Shown: one piece after another, positions 39,870 through 50,689 of the stretch
Position numbering within the stretch: position 1 is the first letter of the stretch
Layout: every line of letters begins with the position of its first letter
Origin: Lama guanicoe
Lineage: Eukaryota
Assembly (NCBI GenBank): GCA_013239625.1
Contig: MU054001.1
Coordinates: 62,001-126,000, forward strand
Direction of reading: 5' to 3'
Length of the DNA stretch: 64,000 nt
Notes under the pieces: model-generated
The model's database searches: none
Told to the model about the DNA's origin: nothing
What the model saw: only the letters and a program-made list of their open reading frames with translations
Made by a program: the position numbers and the translations under genes

Positions 39870-40048
39870 TACAGGCTGTCAACCTCGGTTACCCATCAGA
39901 ATCACCGATGGACCTTTAAAAATACTCATCTCTGGGCCCCACCTCTAAGGAGTCTTATTAACTCACTTAGAGTGGGACTCAGCCCTCAGGATTCCCAAAG
40001 AGCTTTCCCAGTGATTCTAAGTTGCAGCCAGGGCTGCAAACCACTGCA
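39870..40048. mobile_element. MER5A-like hAT MITE
   Basis: catcagaatcacc...ctttaaaaatac...ctgggccccacc...gtgattctaa...gcagccagggctgcaaaccactg. Confidence 0.7.
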
Positions 40049-40380
40049 ATCAAGAGTCAGCAAGATTTATATACATTCATGTATCTATTGCTTTTAATAC
40101 CAAATAACTGATTATGATTTATGTACGTTTTCTTTTTGTCTGTCTGCTTTTTTCCTGACTGCAGTTTTCAAAGAGGTAGGAAAGAATATTCCTTGCTCCG
40201 AGGCAGGGCAAGACATGACAAGAGCTGGCTAACATAGCTGATGTGCCTGGTTTTGTCTGAAGTGCATGTTAAGCGTGATCATTTTGATTCATTAAGGCAG
40301 CCAGAGATATTTTGACTACAAGTACACCCTTTTATTTCCCAATGCCCTGACCCTCGCTACAAATATATCAAAACAAAATT

Positions 40381-40542
40381 GGGAGGTGGGGAGTTATAGC
40401 TCAACTGGTAGAGTACATGCTTAGCATGCATGAGGTCCTGGATTCAATCCCCAGTACCTCCCTTAAAAATAAATAAACCTAATTATCTCCCCTCCCTGCC
40501 AAAATAAAATAATGAAATAATACAATAATAAGTAAATAAAAT
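40381..40542 (+). mobile_element. tRNA-Ala-derived SINE (camelid vic-1 type)
   Basis: Same head (tatagctcaactggtagag...ttagcatgcatgaggtcctggattcaatccccagtacctcc), body and A-rich tail. Confidence 0.85.
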
Positions 40543-41041
40543 ATTTTTAAATTGCTACATGTTTATTTTACTAGAGAAACAGGACTAAAGAATTCTAGAA
40601 TTTTAGATAGTAGCTCCATCATTAAAAAAAAATTCTGCCCTTATATGAAATTGCTTAATTTCACATTTCTGAACCTGTTTCTATACAGTTAAATGGGTTT
40701 CCAGGAAAATACTTTACTTTTTTTTTTTTAATGCAAGGGAAAGACCAGATATGAAATTAAGACAAAAACAGATTTTGAACTTCCCTCCTCATCTTTTTAA
40801 AGAGAAACTAAATCTCCTGGGTGCTTTCTCAATTTACTCCAGGATTTTTTTTCAAAAGGTCTTTCTTAACAATAACACATTTCCTGCTCTTTGGAAGTCA
40901 AACAGGCAATGGCCTATTGAAATCTATTCCATTAGAGCCCACCCTGCACCACCCCCCATCACATATATAAGTCCCTAAAAATCCTATATCTCAAATAGCT
41001 GATATACAAACCACTCAGAACATTTTTCATGAAAAATCTGT

Positions 41042-41047
41042 TTTAAT
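41042..41047 (-). terminator. Probable CAPNS2 polyadenylation signal (ATTAAA)
   Basis: tttaat on +, about 150 nt past the CAPNS2 stop; first AWTAAA hexamer downstream of the ORF. Confidence 0.6.
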
Positions 41048-41196
41048 TAAGCAGGAAAGGCAGCACAAGTTCAGAAACAGGGAGGGCTCAGCAGGAAGTG
41101 ACAGCTTTGGATGGGGTCTCCACAACTGTGCAGAGAGAACGGCTGGCCCCCAGCAGTCCTGTCCTGCAGGGGCGTCCTAACTTCTCAGTGCCCACT

Positions 41197-41940
41197 TCAG
41201 GAATACATGGTCAGCTGCAGCCATTCTTGAATAGACACCTGAACCAGGCCATCCGCATCTCTATCCAGGGATCTGAAGGCACGAAACATGGCATCTAGGC
41301 GGACCAGGCAGCTGATGAAGTTGTTAAAATCCATACTTCCATCCTCATCGGCATATCGGCGGACAATCATTTGGTAAAGCTGCTCATTTAGGTGGAAGCC
41401 TGCTGCCTGCAGCGCTCCCCGTAGCTGAGAACTTCCCAGAGACCCAGACTGGTCCCTGTCATATTGCTTAAAAACACACTGCCATTTCTTGATGTTGTTC
41501 CAGAGATACTTAAATTCTTCAAAGCCCAGCTTCCCAGTCGTATCACTGTCCATGACGGACACGATGCTCCGGCAGGTGTCAAGACTAAAGCCGTCGGACT
41601 TCAGGTCCTTGTGCTTAGAAAGGACTTTGTTGAGAATATTCATTAGGTCAGTGGCACCCACCTCCATGTCCGGTCCAGCCAGCTGTGCAAATTGTTGCCG
41701 AAACCGCCTAACTTCCTCACTCTCGTTGGCCTCCACATAGGTGAAATGCTGCTGAGTGGGAGGTGGTTCCGGGGTATATTGAGCTGCTGCAGCCTCGCTG
41801 ATGAAATTCACAATCCCACCAACTATCCCTCCAATATTTCCTCCTCCTCCTCTTCTCTGGCCGCCTCCTCCAAGAAGGCCTCCAAGAGCATGGCCAAGAC
41901 CTTGATCTGCTCCTTCCAAAAGGGCCTTTGCCAGAAACAT
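41197..41940 (-). CDS. CAPNS2: Calpain small subunit 2, intronless retrogene nested in LPCAT2 intron 11
   Basis: Uninterrupted 247-aa ORF: MFLAKALLEG, a short Gly-rich domain V, then a penta-EF-hand domain (DSDTTGKLGFEE, DRDQSGSLGSSQ, DEDGSMDFNN) ending WLQLTMYS. A at -3 of the ATG and an in-frame upstream TAA. Position matches known synteny. Confidence 0.97.
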   Translation of the reverse strand: MFLAKALLEGADQGLGHALGGLLGGGGQRRGGGGNIGGIVGGIVNFISEAAAAQYTPEPPPTQQHFTYVEANESEEVRRFRQQFAQLAGPDMEVGATDLMNILNKVLSKHKDLKSDGFSLDTCRSIVSVMDSDTTGKLGFEEFKYLWNNIKKWQCVFKQYDRDQSGSLGSSQLRGALQAAGFHLNEQLYQMIVRRYADEDGSMDFNNFISCLVRLDAMFRAFRSLDRDADGLVQVSIQEWLQLTMYS

Positions 41941-42029
41941 ACTTTCGGTTTACCAAGCAAGTGTAAAAGCCGCTGAAATCTTGGAGGTGGTATCAGCGAG
42001 ATGAAATGGAGTCTAAGTGGCTTACAAGT

Positions 42030-42075
42030 GGGAGAACTGGCTTTTCTGAACCTGTTTGCGTTGCACCACACCCTG
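42030..42075 (-). promoter_or_regulatory. Candidate CAPNS2 proximal promoter (GRHL, C/EBP and KLF motif cluster)
   Basis: AACCTGTT 42049-42056, GTTGCACCAC 42060-42069 and CCACACCC 42066-42073, about 110-130 nt upstream of the ATG in non-repeat DNA. Confidence 0.4.
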
Positions 42076-44738
42076 GGGTGATAGTTCACCTTCTAATGAA
42101 GTTGCCCGAATTCCACTAGGTCCTAGCACCTGCCATTTATCAGAGGACCTCAATAAAATATCCCTAACTTATACTGTGTCTGACACATTAGAAGAAATCA
42201 TATTTTTAAATATATTAAACAATACATTTCTATATGCTGCTAATTTTAGTTCTTTCTTAGCATCTGAAAGGTGATATGGATTTTCCTAACAAGAGAAAGT
42301 AAGTGACTCCAGGATATCAAGAATTTCTTCTCTAAGGAATATTTATTGTTAGTGTATGACTGAAGAATTCTTGGGCATTGGTAAAGTATTTACCTAGTTC
42401 CCTTCCTTTAGCAAAGATTCCCAGCATTCGATGTTCTTAAGAAAAAATTGGAAGGGGGATTTTTAAAACACAGGGTCCCCTGGTTCCATCCCTCAGAGAT
42501 TCTGACTCTGTAGCCTGTTGGGGTGTTAGCTACATTTTTGGAGTCCTTCTGAAGTGCAATATTTTATAGAAAACTGTACACATCACAAATGTATAGCTCA
42601 AAGAATTTCACAACCTGTATATCCCAATGTCATAACAGCCAGATCAAGAAAAATCACCAGGACCCCCCAGAAGCCTCTTCATGCCTGTTTCCAGTTACCT
42701 TCCTCTCCCAAGGGTAACCACTATCCTGACATCTAACATCACTGATTCATTTTTGAGCCTTAAATAAATGGAATCATACAGCATATACTTTTTTTTGTAT
42801 CTTGTTTTTGAATTTTTAATTAAAAATGTTTAAAATTCTGATAAAATACATGTAACATAAAATTTACCATCTAAACCATTTTTAAGTGTACAGTTCAGGG
42901 GCACTAGGCACATTCACGTTGTTGTGCAACCATCACCATCCATCTGCAGAAACTTTTTCATCTTGAAAAACTGAAATTCTGTGCCTATTAAACATTCCCT
43001 CTTCCCACTAGGCTCTGGCCACCACCATTCTACTTGTCTGTATGAATCTGACTGTTGTAGATAATTCATATAAGTGGAATCATATGGTATTTGTCCTTTT
43101 GTGAATGGCTAATTTTACTTAGCACAGTGTCTTTAAGTTCCTCCATGCTGTAGCATGTGTCAGAATTTATTCCCTTCTCAAATCTAAATAATATTCCATT
43201 GTATGTACAAAAATTTTATGTATCCATTCTTCCATTGTGGATGCTTGGATTGCTTCTACTTTTTGGCTTTTGTGAACAATGCTGCTATGAACGTGGGTGT
43301 ACCAATATTTCTTCAAGTCCCTGCTTTCAGATCTTTTGGCTATAGTCCCAGAAGTAGAATTCCTGGATCAAACAGTAATTCTGTTTTTAATTTTTTGAAG
43401 AGCCACCATACTATTTTCTCCAGTGGCTGTATTATTTTATATTCCCACCAACACTGCACAAGGGTTCCAGTTTCTCCAGTCTGGCTGATAATTGTTATTT
43501 TCTGGGTTTTTTTTTTTTTTTTGGTAATAGCCATCCTAATGGGTGTGACATATCTCACTGTGGTTTTAATTTGCATTCCCCTAATGATTAGTGATGTTGA
43601 GCATCTTTCCATATACCTGTTGGTCACTTGTATATCTTCTTTGGAGAAATGTCTGTTCAAGCCCTTTGCCCACTTTTTGATTGGGTTGTTTGCTTTTGAT
43701 GTTGTGCTGCAGTTCTTTCTATATTCTGGATATTAACTCCTTATCAGTTACATAATTAGCAAATATTTTCTTCCATTCCATGAGCTGCCTTTCTGCTCTG
43801 TTGATAAGTGTCCTTCAGTGTGCAAAAGTTTTAAATTTCAATGTAGTTCAATTGATCCAATTTCTCTTTCATTGCTTGTGCTTTTGGTGTCATATCCAAA
43901 AAAATCAACAAAAAAATCCAGTATCACAAAGCTTTTCCCCTATGTTTTTGTCTAAGATAAAACATGATAGTTATAAGCTCTTATGTTTAGGTCTCTGATC
44001 CATTTTGAGTTAATTTTTTATATGGCATCAGGTAAGAGTCCACTTCATTTTTCTGCATGTGGGTATCCACTTTTCTCAGCACAATTTTGTTGAAAAGATT
44101 GTTCATTCCCCATTGAATGGTCTTGGCACCCTTGTTGAAAATCATCTGTATCCACACCCACAGGTTTATTTCTGGGCCCTTTATTCTATTCCATTGCTTT
44201 ATACTTCCTCCTTTATGCCAGCACCACACTATTTGGATTACTTTAGCTTTGTAGTTAAGTTTGAAGTCAGGAAGTATAAGACTTTCAACTTTGCTCTTTT
44301 GCAAGATGACTTTGGCTATTCAGGGTCCCTTGAAATTCCATATGAATTTTAGGATGGATTTTCCTACTTTTGTAAAAAAAAAAAAAAAGGAGTTGGGATT
44401 TTGATAGGAATTGAATCGATTCTGTAAGACCACTTTGGGTTAGTATTGACATCATAACAATACTAAGTCTTCCAATCCATGAATACAGAATGTCTTTCCA
44501 CTTATTTATGTCTTCCTTAACGTCTTTCAACACTTTGTAGTTTCTGATGTACAAATCTTCCACCTCCTTGGTTAAGTTTATTCCTAAGTATTTTATTCTT
44601 TTTAATGCTGTTATAAATAGAGTGGCTTTTTTAAATTTCCTCTTTAGTTTACTGTTGGTGTATAGAAACACAACTAAGTTTTGTGTGTTGATTTGTATCC
44701 TCCAACTCTTCTGAATTAGTTTATTAGTTCTAACAGTT

Positions 44739-44769
44739 TGTGTGTGTGTGTATGTGTGTGTGTGTGTGT
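44739..44769. repeat. (TG)n microsatellite inside the L1
   Basis: tgtgtgtgtgtgtatgtgtgtgtgtgtgtgt. Confidence 0.9.
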
Positions 44770-45319
44770 TTAATCTGCTGGATTTTTTTAAATACAAGAT
44801 TGTGTATTCTGTGAGCAGAGGTAATGTTACTTCTTTCTTTCCAACTGACGTTCTTTTTATTTCTTTTCTTGCCTAACTGCTTTGGCTCAGACTTCCAGTA
44901 CTATGCTGAATAGAAGTACAGAAAGCAGGCATCCTTTTGTGCTCCCAATCTTACAGCAAAGGCTTTCAGGCTCTTATCACTAAGTATTTTGTTGGCCCTG
45001 GGCGTTCCGTATATGGTTTTTATAATGCTGAGGCATGTTCTTTCTATTCCTAGTTTTTTATCTGAAAGGGTGTTGAATTTCATCCATGTTTTTTCTTTTA
45101 CATGAATTGAGATAGCCAGGTTTTTTTTTTCCCCTTCATTCTGTTAATGGGGTTCATTACATTGACTGATTTTGAACCATTGTTGCACTTAAGGAATGAA
45201 TTCCACTTAGTCATGATGTAAAATCCTCTTAATGTGCTGTTGAACTCTGTTGGCTAGTATTTTGTTCAGGATTTTTGCATCAATATTCATAGGGGAAATT
45301 GGTCTGTAGTTTTCATGTA

Positions 45320-45535
45320 CAGTTGATCGTTGAACAACATGAACTATGGGGGTTCATTTCTACCAGGACTTTTTTTCCCAATAAGTACATACTACAGCAT
45401 GGTATCATCTGAGGTTGGTTGAATCTGTGGATGTAGAACCATGGAAACAAAGGGACAACTGTAAAATTATACACAAGTTTTCGACTGCACAGGAGGTCGC
45501 TTCCCCTAACCTCTGTGTTGTTTAAGGGTCAATTA
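45320..45535. mobile_element. TcMar-Tigger MITE (MER8/Tigger2-like) inserted in the L1
   Basis: Imperfect TIRs cagttgatcgttgaacaaca / tgttgtttaagggtcaatta flanked by TA dinucleotides (45318-19, 45536-37). Confidence 0.75.
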
Positions 45536-47659
45536 TAGTATCTCTTTCTGATTTTGGTATCAGGATAATGTTGGTCTCACAGAATGAGTTAGGAAGTATT
45601 CCTTCCTCCTTGATTTTTGGGAAGCGATTGAGAAGGATTGGTGTTAATTCTTCTTCAAATTCATTAATGAAGCCATCTGGTCCTGGGAATTTCTTTGTTG
45701 GGAGGTTTTTAAAAATTACTGGTTCAATCTCTTTACTAGTTATAGGGCTGTTCAGATTTTCTAGTTCTTCATAATTCAGTCTTGGTAGATTGTACATTTC
45801 TAGGAATGTGTCCATTTCATCTAGGTTATCCAATTTGTTGGCATACAGTTGCTCATAGTACTCTTTTGTAATACTTTTTATTTCTGTAAAATTGGTAGTA
45901 CTGCCTCTCTTTTCTGATTTTGTGTGTCTGGCTTATTTTCTCAAAATTACATTAGTGAGATTTGATTTTATATTTTTAATAAGTATTTTCAGAAATCAGT
46001 CTATGACAGGTGGTCCCAGACAATACTTCGAGAAATCTTACCTTTGATACAAAGTAGAGTCAGGGTACAAGTCCTTCAGAAGTCTCTGGAGGTTCTACTG
46101 GTAAACTCAGGGAAAGGTGGCCAGGACATAATAACTAAATCATGATATCACCCAGCATTTTGGGTCTTTATTTCAATCTGCAAAATGATAATAGTATCTC
46201 CCCTGCCTAATTCATGATTCAATTTCATTTATTATGTTTCAGGTCTTGGATTCAATGTTTAGTGGAGAAAGATGAATATATCAGGATCGCAGCGCTCGAG
46301 GATCAGAGACCCACAGAAAAGTAGTTGTAAGTATAATCTGAAGTCTATTTTCACATTTCTACTATTAATGCTAAACAATTACATCTGTATAGAATACTTG
46401 TATATCATATTCTTTGTTATGTAGGTTTCATCGAACTCCCCTGAAAGAAAGAAAGGCATTCGAGATAAAGAAAAGAAAAACTCAGAGAAGTTAAGCTACT
46501 TATAAAAGGTTGTACACGTAATAAATGGTACTGGATTATCAAACCACTAAGGATGCCCAAAAGGGAAGCAATGAGGTCCTCGAGGCAAAGGAACGGAGAA
46601 CACTTACCTACAGAAGAGACAACGTGTAGGCCTGACTATAGGCTGCGTTAGGGTTCTCCAAACAGACAAGAGACATATTTAAAGAGACAGTACAGTAAAA
46701 AGAGAGAGGAACGAAAGGACGTGTGTTGTTATTTAGGGGGTGGTGAACAGTCCAATGTGATGAGAGTTTACTGCCGGGAATGATGGGATTCAAAGGCAGC
46801 GCAGCAGGATAGAATAAAACTGGAAAGGACCTGGAACTCCTCACAGGTTCCTGTGGACACGGCCAAGACTCTGATAGAAGTCAAAAGGAGATTAAATGTA
46901 AAGTTACTTTGTAAGCCGCACAGTTCTAGAACTGAATAATGATTATTCTAGCTATTACTAGGGAGGGGACAATAGCCGGGGATGCGGCTCTGTATAGGAC
47001 ATGGGAGAAGTGTCTCCTTCTGCCACACCCAGGGGCTTGGGAAACACTCTCCGACGACTGGTTATGGCACAAGGACTCCAATACCTGGTCTCACGGGCAC
47101 AATGACATGGTCCCTGTGAACACCAAAGGCCAAATGCCTTCCTTAACCACACAGAAGAAGCACCGCAAAAGGACTGTCTTCCCTTTAGGGGATCCCAAGG
47201 GGCCATCTGGCCTCAGACAGATTTAAATCCATTCACATAAGCTTCTCTCTGAGGAAATGACATGGGCTTTGTTTTTATAATGCTGCAAATTAATTTGATA
47301 GCATCCACTGCCAGATAAAATGGGCCTCCTTATGTCCATCTGTAGTGCTTTTTTTTCAAATTGAAGTTTAAATCCAATTCCTCTCATTTATTTTCTTTGA
47401 AGATGGAGAGCATTTGGCTAACAGTTTCTCATAAGCCATCATAGAATAAAAGACTGTTATTAGATTAACAAGACTTTTCTTCTCTGGACTAGTTAATCCC
47501 CCAAGGCTATTTATTAGAACATTAATAGCAACTTTGGCTGCCTTCTGGGGGAACTCTACCGTCCATATCTGGAGAAAAACCACAGGGGAAGAGGCCACAG
47601 TCAATGGAAAATTTAACCTCAATTTGAGGGGGAAGAGTTATTGAACTTAAAAAGTTAAC

Positions 47660-48430
47660 AGTGATACATGAATGTTATTTAGCAACATTATTCATAATAG
47701 CTCCAAAGTGGAAACAACCTAAATATTCACTTACAGGTGAATGAATAAACAAAATGTGATATATCTGTATAATGGAGTACTATTTGGCAATAAAAAGCGA
47801 TGAATTACTGATACATGTTATGACACAGATGGAGCTCAAAATCTTACGCTCAGTGAGAGAAACCAGACGTGAGACCATACATTGTGTGATCCCATTACAT
47901 GAAATGTCAACCAATGGCAAATCTATTCAGACAGAAAGTCTCTATTCTAGTCTTTATTCTAGACTGGGTCTACAACTCTACAGTGGTTGCCCAGGGCTAG
48001 GAGATAGGTAAGTGAGAGGAATTAACAGTTAATGAGAGTCCTACTGGGGTGATGGAAAAGCTCTAAAATTGATTTATGAGGGGGGAAGGTATAGCTCAGT
48101 GATAGAATGTGTGCTCAGCATGCACAGGGGTCTGGGTTCAATCCCCAGTACCGCCATTAAAAAATAATAATAATAATAAATAAATAAATGTAATTACCTC
48201 CCCTACCCCCAAAAAGAGTGGACTGAAAATTGACTTATAACCAGAAATTGACACATTGTAACTGACTGTACTTCAATTAAACAAACAAACAAACAAACAA
48301 ATAAATAAATAAAATTGATTTTTAGGGGTGGCTGCACAACTTGGTAAATTTACCAAAAAAAAAAAAGTCACTGAGTTGTATCCTTAAAACAGGTGAATGC
48401 CATGATATTTAAAATATGTCTCAAGAAAGT
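47660..48430 (+). mobile_element. Old L1 3' end (L1MB/MC-like) with nested SINE and short L1
   Basis: gcaacattattcataatagctccaaagtggaaacaacctaaat...aatggagtactatttggcaataaaaag...ggggtgatggaaaagctctaaaattga. Confidence 0.75.
48080..48216 (+). mobile_element. tRNA-Ala-derived SINE (camelid vic-1 type)
   Basis: Same head, (taa)n linker and taattacctcccc tail; TSD-like aaaattga(t/c)ttat on both sides. Confidence 0.85.
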
Positions 48431-48996
48431 TGTTTTGTTTTTTTTTTAAAGTCAACAGTGACAGTTTGTAGTAAAAAGAATACTGAACTCGGAATTCTGG
48501 TCCCAGTCCTGCAAGTAACCAGCTGTGTAGCCTTGAGCACATAACTTCCTCTCTTGGGCTGGCAGCTTTCTGTGATATGAGGAAGACGGGGAATTTGACA
48601 CTAAACGTCCTTTCAGCTCTAGATCTGTGAGTCTAGGTCTTCGTGTGCCATGAAGTGGTGACAGCTTCATTCATATCTTACATTCAGTTTCCTTCTTGTG
48701 CCCCAGTGTTTTTATGCTATATATGAATTTAATTTAATCTTTTCTTGGGTCTGGTTCCTCAACTTTTAGAGACATACTTATTTACCCTTATACTCACTTT
48801 GACATATTGTCTGGTTTCAAAAGTATTCTGGTAACCTACCAAGTATGTTGCTCCTCCAAACAGAATTCCAAGGTGGGGTGACTGAACCAGGCCTAGAATA
48901 ACACAGAAGGACGCACAGCTCCCACTTACAGTGAAGCTTTCCTGTCAGGTGGGGCTCTCACCCAACTGCACCATGATCTGGGCCAGACCTTCCTGA

Positions 48997-49158
48997 TTTA
49001 TTGATGAGGATGTCATGTTGGATGAAATCAAAAGCCTTTCTAGAGTCCGTATAGATAATATCTATTTCTTTTTCTTTATCATCTCTGTCACTCTGTCATA
49101 GGAGGGAATTAAATTGGTCTGACACAATTTGCTCTTTACAAAGCCCTGTTCCTTACTT
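48997..49158 (-). mobile_element. CR1/L3 reverse-transcriptase fragment
   Basis: Translates (one frameshift) to QGFVKSKLCQTNLIPSYDRVT / IDIIYTDSRKAFDFIQHDILINK, similar to CR1 RT QHGF..GKSCLTNL..FYD..T and VDVIYLDFSKAFD.V.H.IL. Confidence 0.75.
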
Positions 49159-49665
49159 CCTTATGCTTTTGGAGGAGGTCAGTAATTGCTCACTTGTTCC
49201 AATTTAAAAAAAAAAACTTAACCTTCAACCGATGCAGTCTCCTTTCTGCTTCCTCTAAGCATCTCCTAGGTGGATTTGCATTGGGAAACCAAAAAGCAAG
49301 CAGATAGTTCTCATGCTTAAACGGGTATTTCTAGTGTAACAGTACTCAGGCAGGGAAAATACCATGATGGACTACATGGGGGAGTTAAGTCAACTTGAGA
49401 ACTGAAAAGGGAAATCGTCAGACATACAGGACCACCAAACTTGCAGGACGACTTGTACAGCTGAATAGAAACGTTCCTCTGGCCCACTCAGACAGCTACA
49501 GCCTTCTTCTCTGATTCTATCATAAGAGATTTAGAGCAGATTTCATATACCAAGTCCTGATTAATTGAGACTGGAATCCAGATGAGTTCTTTTCACATGA
49601 GCTATGAAATACTACAGTCCATATCAAACCTGAACTGCAAATTTAAAAGACAGAAGACTTCAATG

Positions 49666-49822
49666 TTTGTTGCAACCATTCGCCTCTGGCACTGCACTGT
49701 GAAAGCAGCCGTAGACAGCCACAGACGTAGACAAGTGGGCATGACGGTGTCCCAATAAAACTTTATTTACAAAACAGGCATCAGACTGGATCTGGTCCAT
49801 CAGCTGTAGTTTGCTGACCCTG
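49666..49822 (+). mobile_element. MER58A (hAT-Charlie) 3' part
   Basis: gaaagcagccgtagaca...ccaataaaactttatttacaaaacaggc...gctgtagtttgctgaccctg. Confidence 0.8.
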
Positions 49823-50618
49823 CTATATTTCCTAAGCCAGTGAAAACAAAGCATGCTGGTAAAGTTTAAGGACTGGATTGAAGGGCTGCAGTCAGCACTT
49901 ACAGTGACCGTTGTTCCTCACCTGATTTAAAGAGGATCATTTTATTCTCACTGAATCTGTCTACTTTGTGTTGAAATCCTCCCCAGTTCTAACCAGTGGT
50001 ATATTATTCACCTTCACAGATGAAAGAGGCTGGTTTCTAATTACTCAGCTATAGTCTGGCATGAGCTCACGCTCTCTTTTTACCAATACCATTGTGCACA
50101 CAACAGACTACAGGCTAATAAAATTTAGAGAGATGGTTACTACTTCTGTTCTGTAAAAAATGTGAAAACTATTATGATTTTTCCCATTTCGGCCTTCTAA
50201 CTGGTACTTAGTTCTTCCGGCATTACTATGTACTTTGTTTAAATATATACAGGAAAAGTGTGTGTGTACTTTAGCACTTTGACAATCCAGCATTTTTGGC
50301 TACTGCAAACGTCTGTAGATCTTTTATTACTGTTTCGCAGTGTGTGGAATGAATGCGTTTCTTTATCCCGAGTTCTTCCTGTCCGCCCTGTTCCTGGCAT
50401 GAGTTCAAGTGTTAAATCACGAGTGCCAACAATAACAAGCACCCTGGCTTGCTCCTTCCTGTTAGAGAAGGTAGGGTGTTATATCATGCAGATTTTCTGC
50501 TCGTGCTGAGAGTTAAGACACTCACATGGCTTAAGTGATTGGAAATAAACAGAGCAATCTTTCTGAGTGGAATGGATTAACTTTTTTATGTAGTTGTATA
50601 AGCTGTACTGAAAGTTTA

Positions 50619-50689
50619 AGACCAAATGTCTTACAAAGTCAAAAATATTTACTATCTGGCTCTTTACTGCAAAAGTCTGCTGATCCCTG
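50619..50689 (-). mobile_element. MER58A (hAT-Charlie) 5' part, opposite orientation
   Basis: Reverse complement: cagggatcagcagacttttgcagtaaagagccagatagtaaatatttttgactttg...ggtct. Confidence 0.8.

Larger units (their letters stand above)
42820..45920 (-). mobile_element. About 3-kb L1 (L1MB-like): ORF2 RT region, C terminus and 3' UTR, frameshifted
   Basis: Multiple ORF2 peptides: [52 protein letters not shown]. Same strand as LPCAT2. Confidence 0.92.

Noticed and set aside
41941..41974. In-frame LPCAT2-CAPNS2 fusion via an upstream acceptor
   Set aside because: An in-frame TAA lies at 41950-41952, four codons before the CAPNS2 ATG.
43340..45833. Several 100-170 aa ORFs with RT-like similarity
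   Set aside because: Frameshifted fragments of a decayed L1 ORF2, not a functional gene.
41197..45920. CAPNS2 as a 3' transduction of the adjacent L1
   Set aside because: No shared TSD or poly(A) tail, other repeats intervene, and CAPNS2 is best explained as an old retrocopy of spliced CAPNS1 mRNA.
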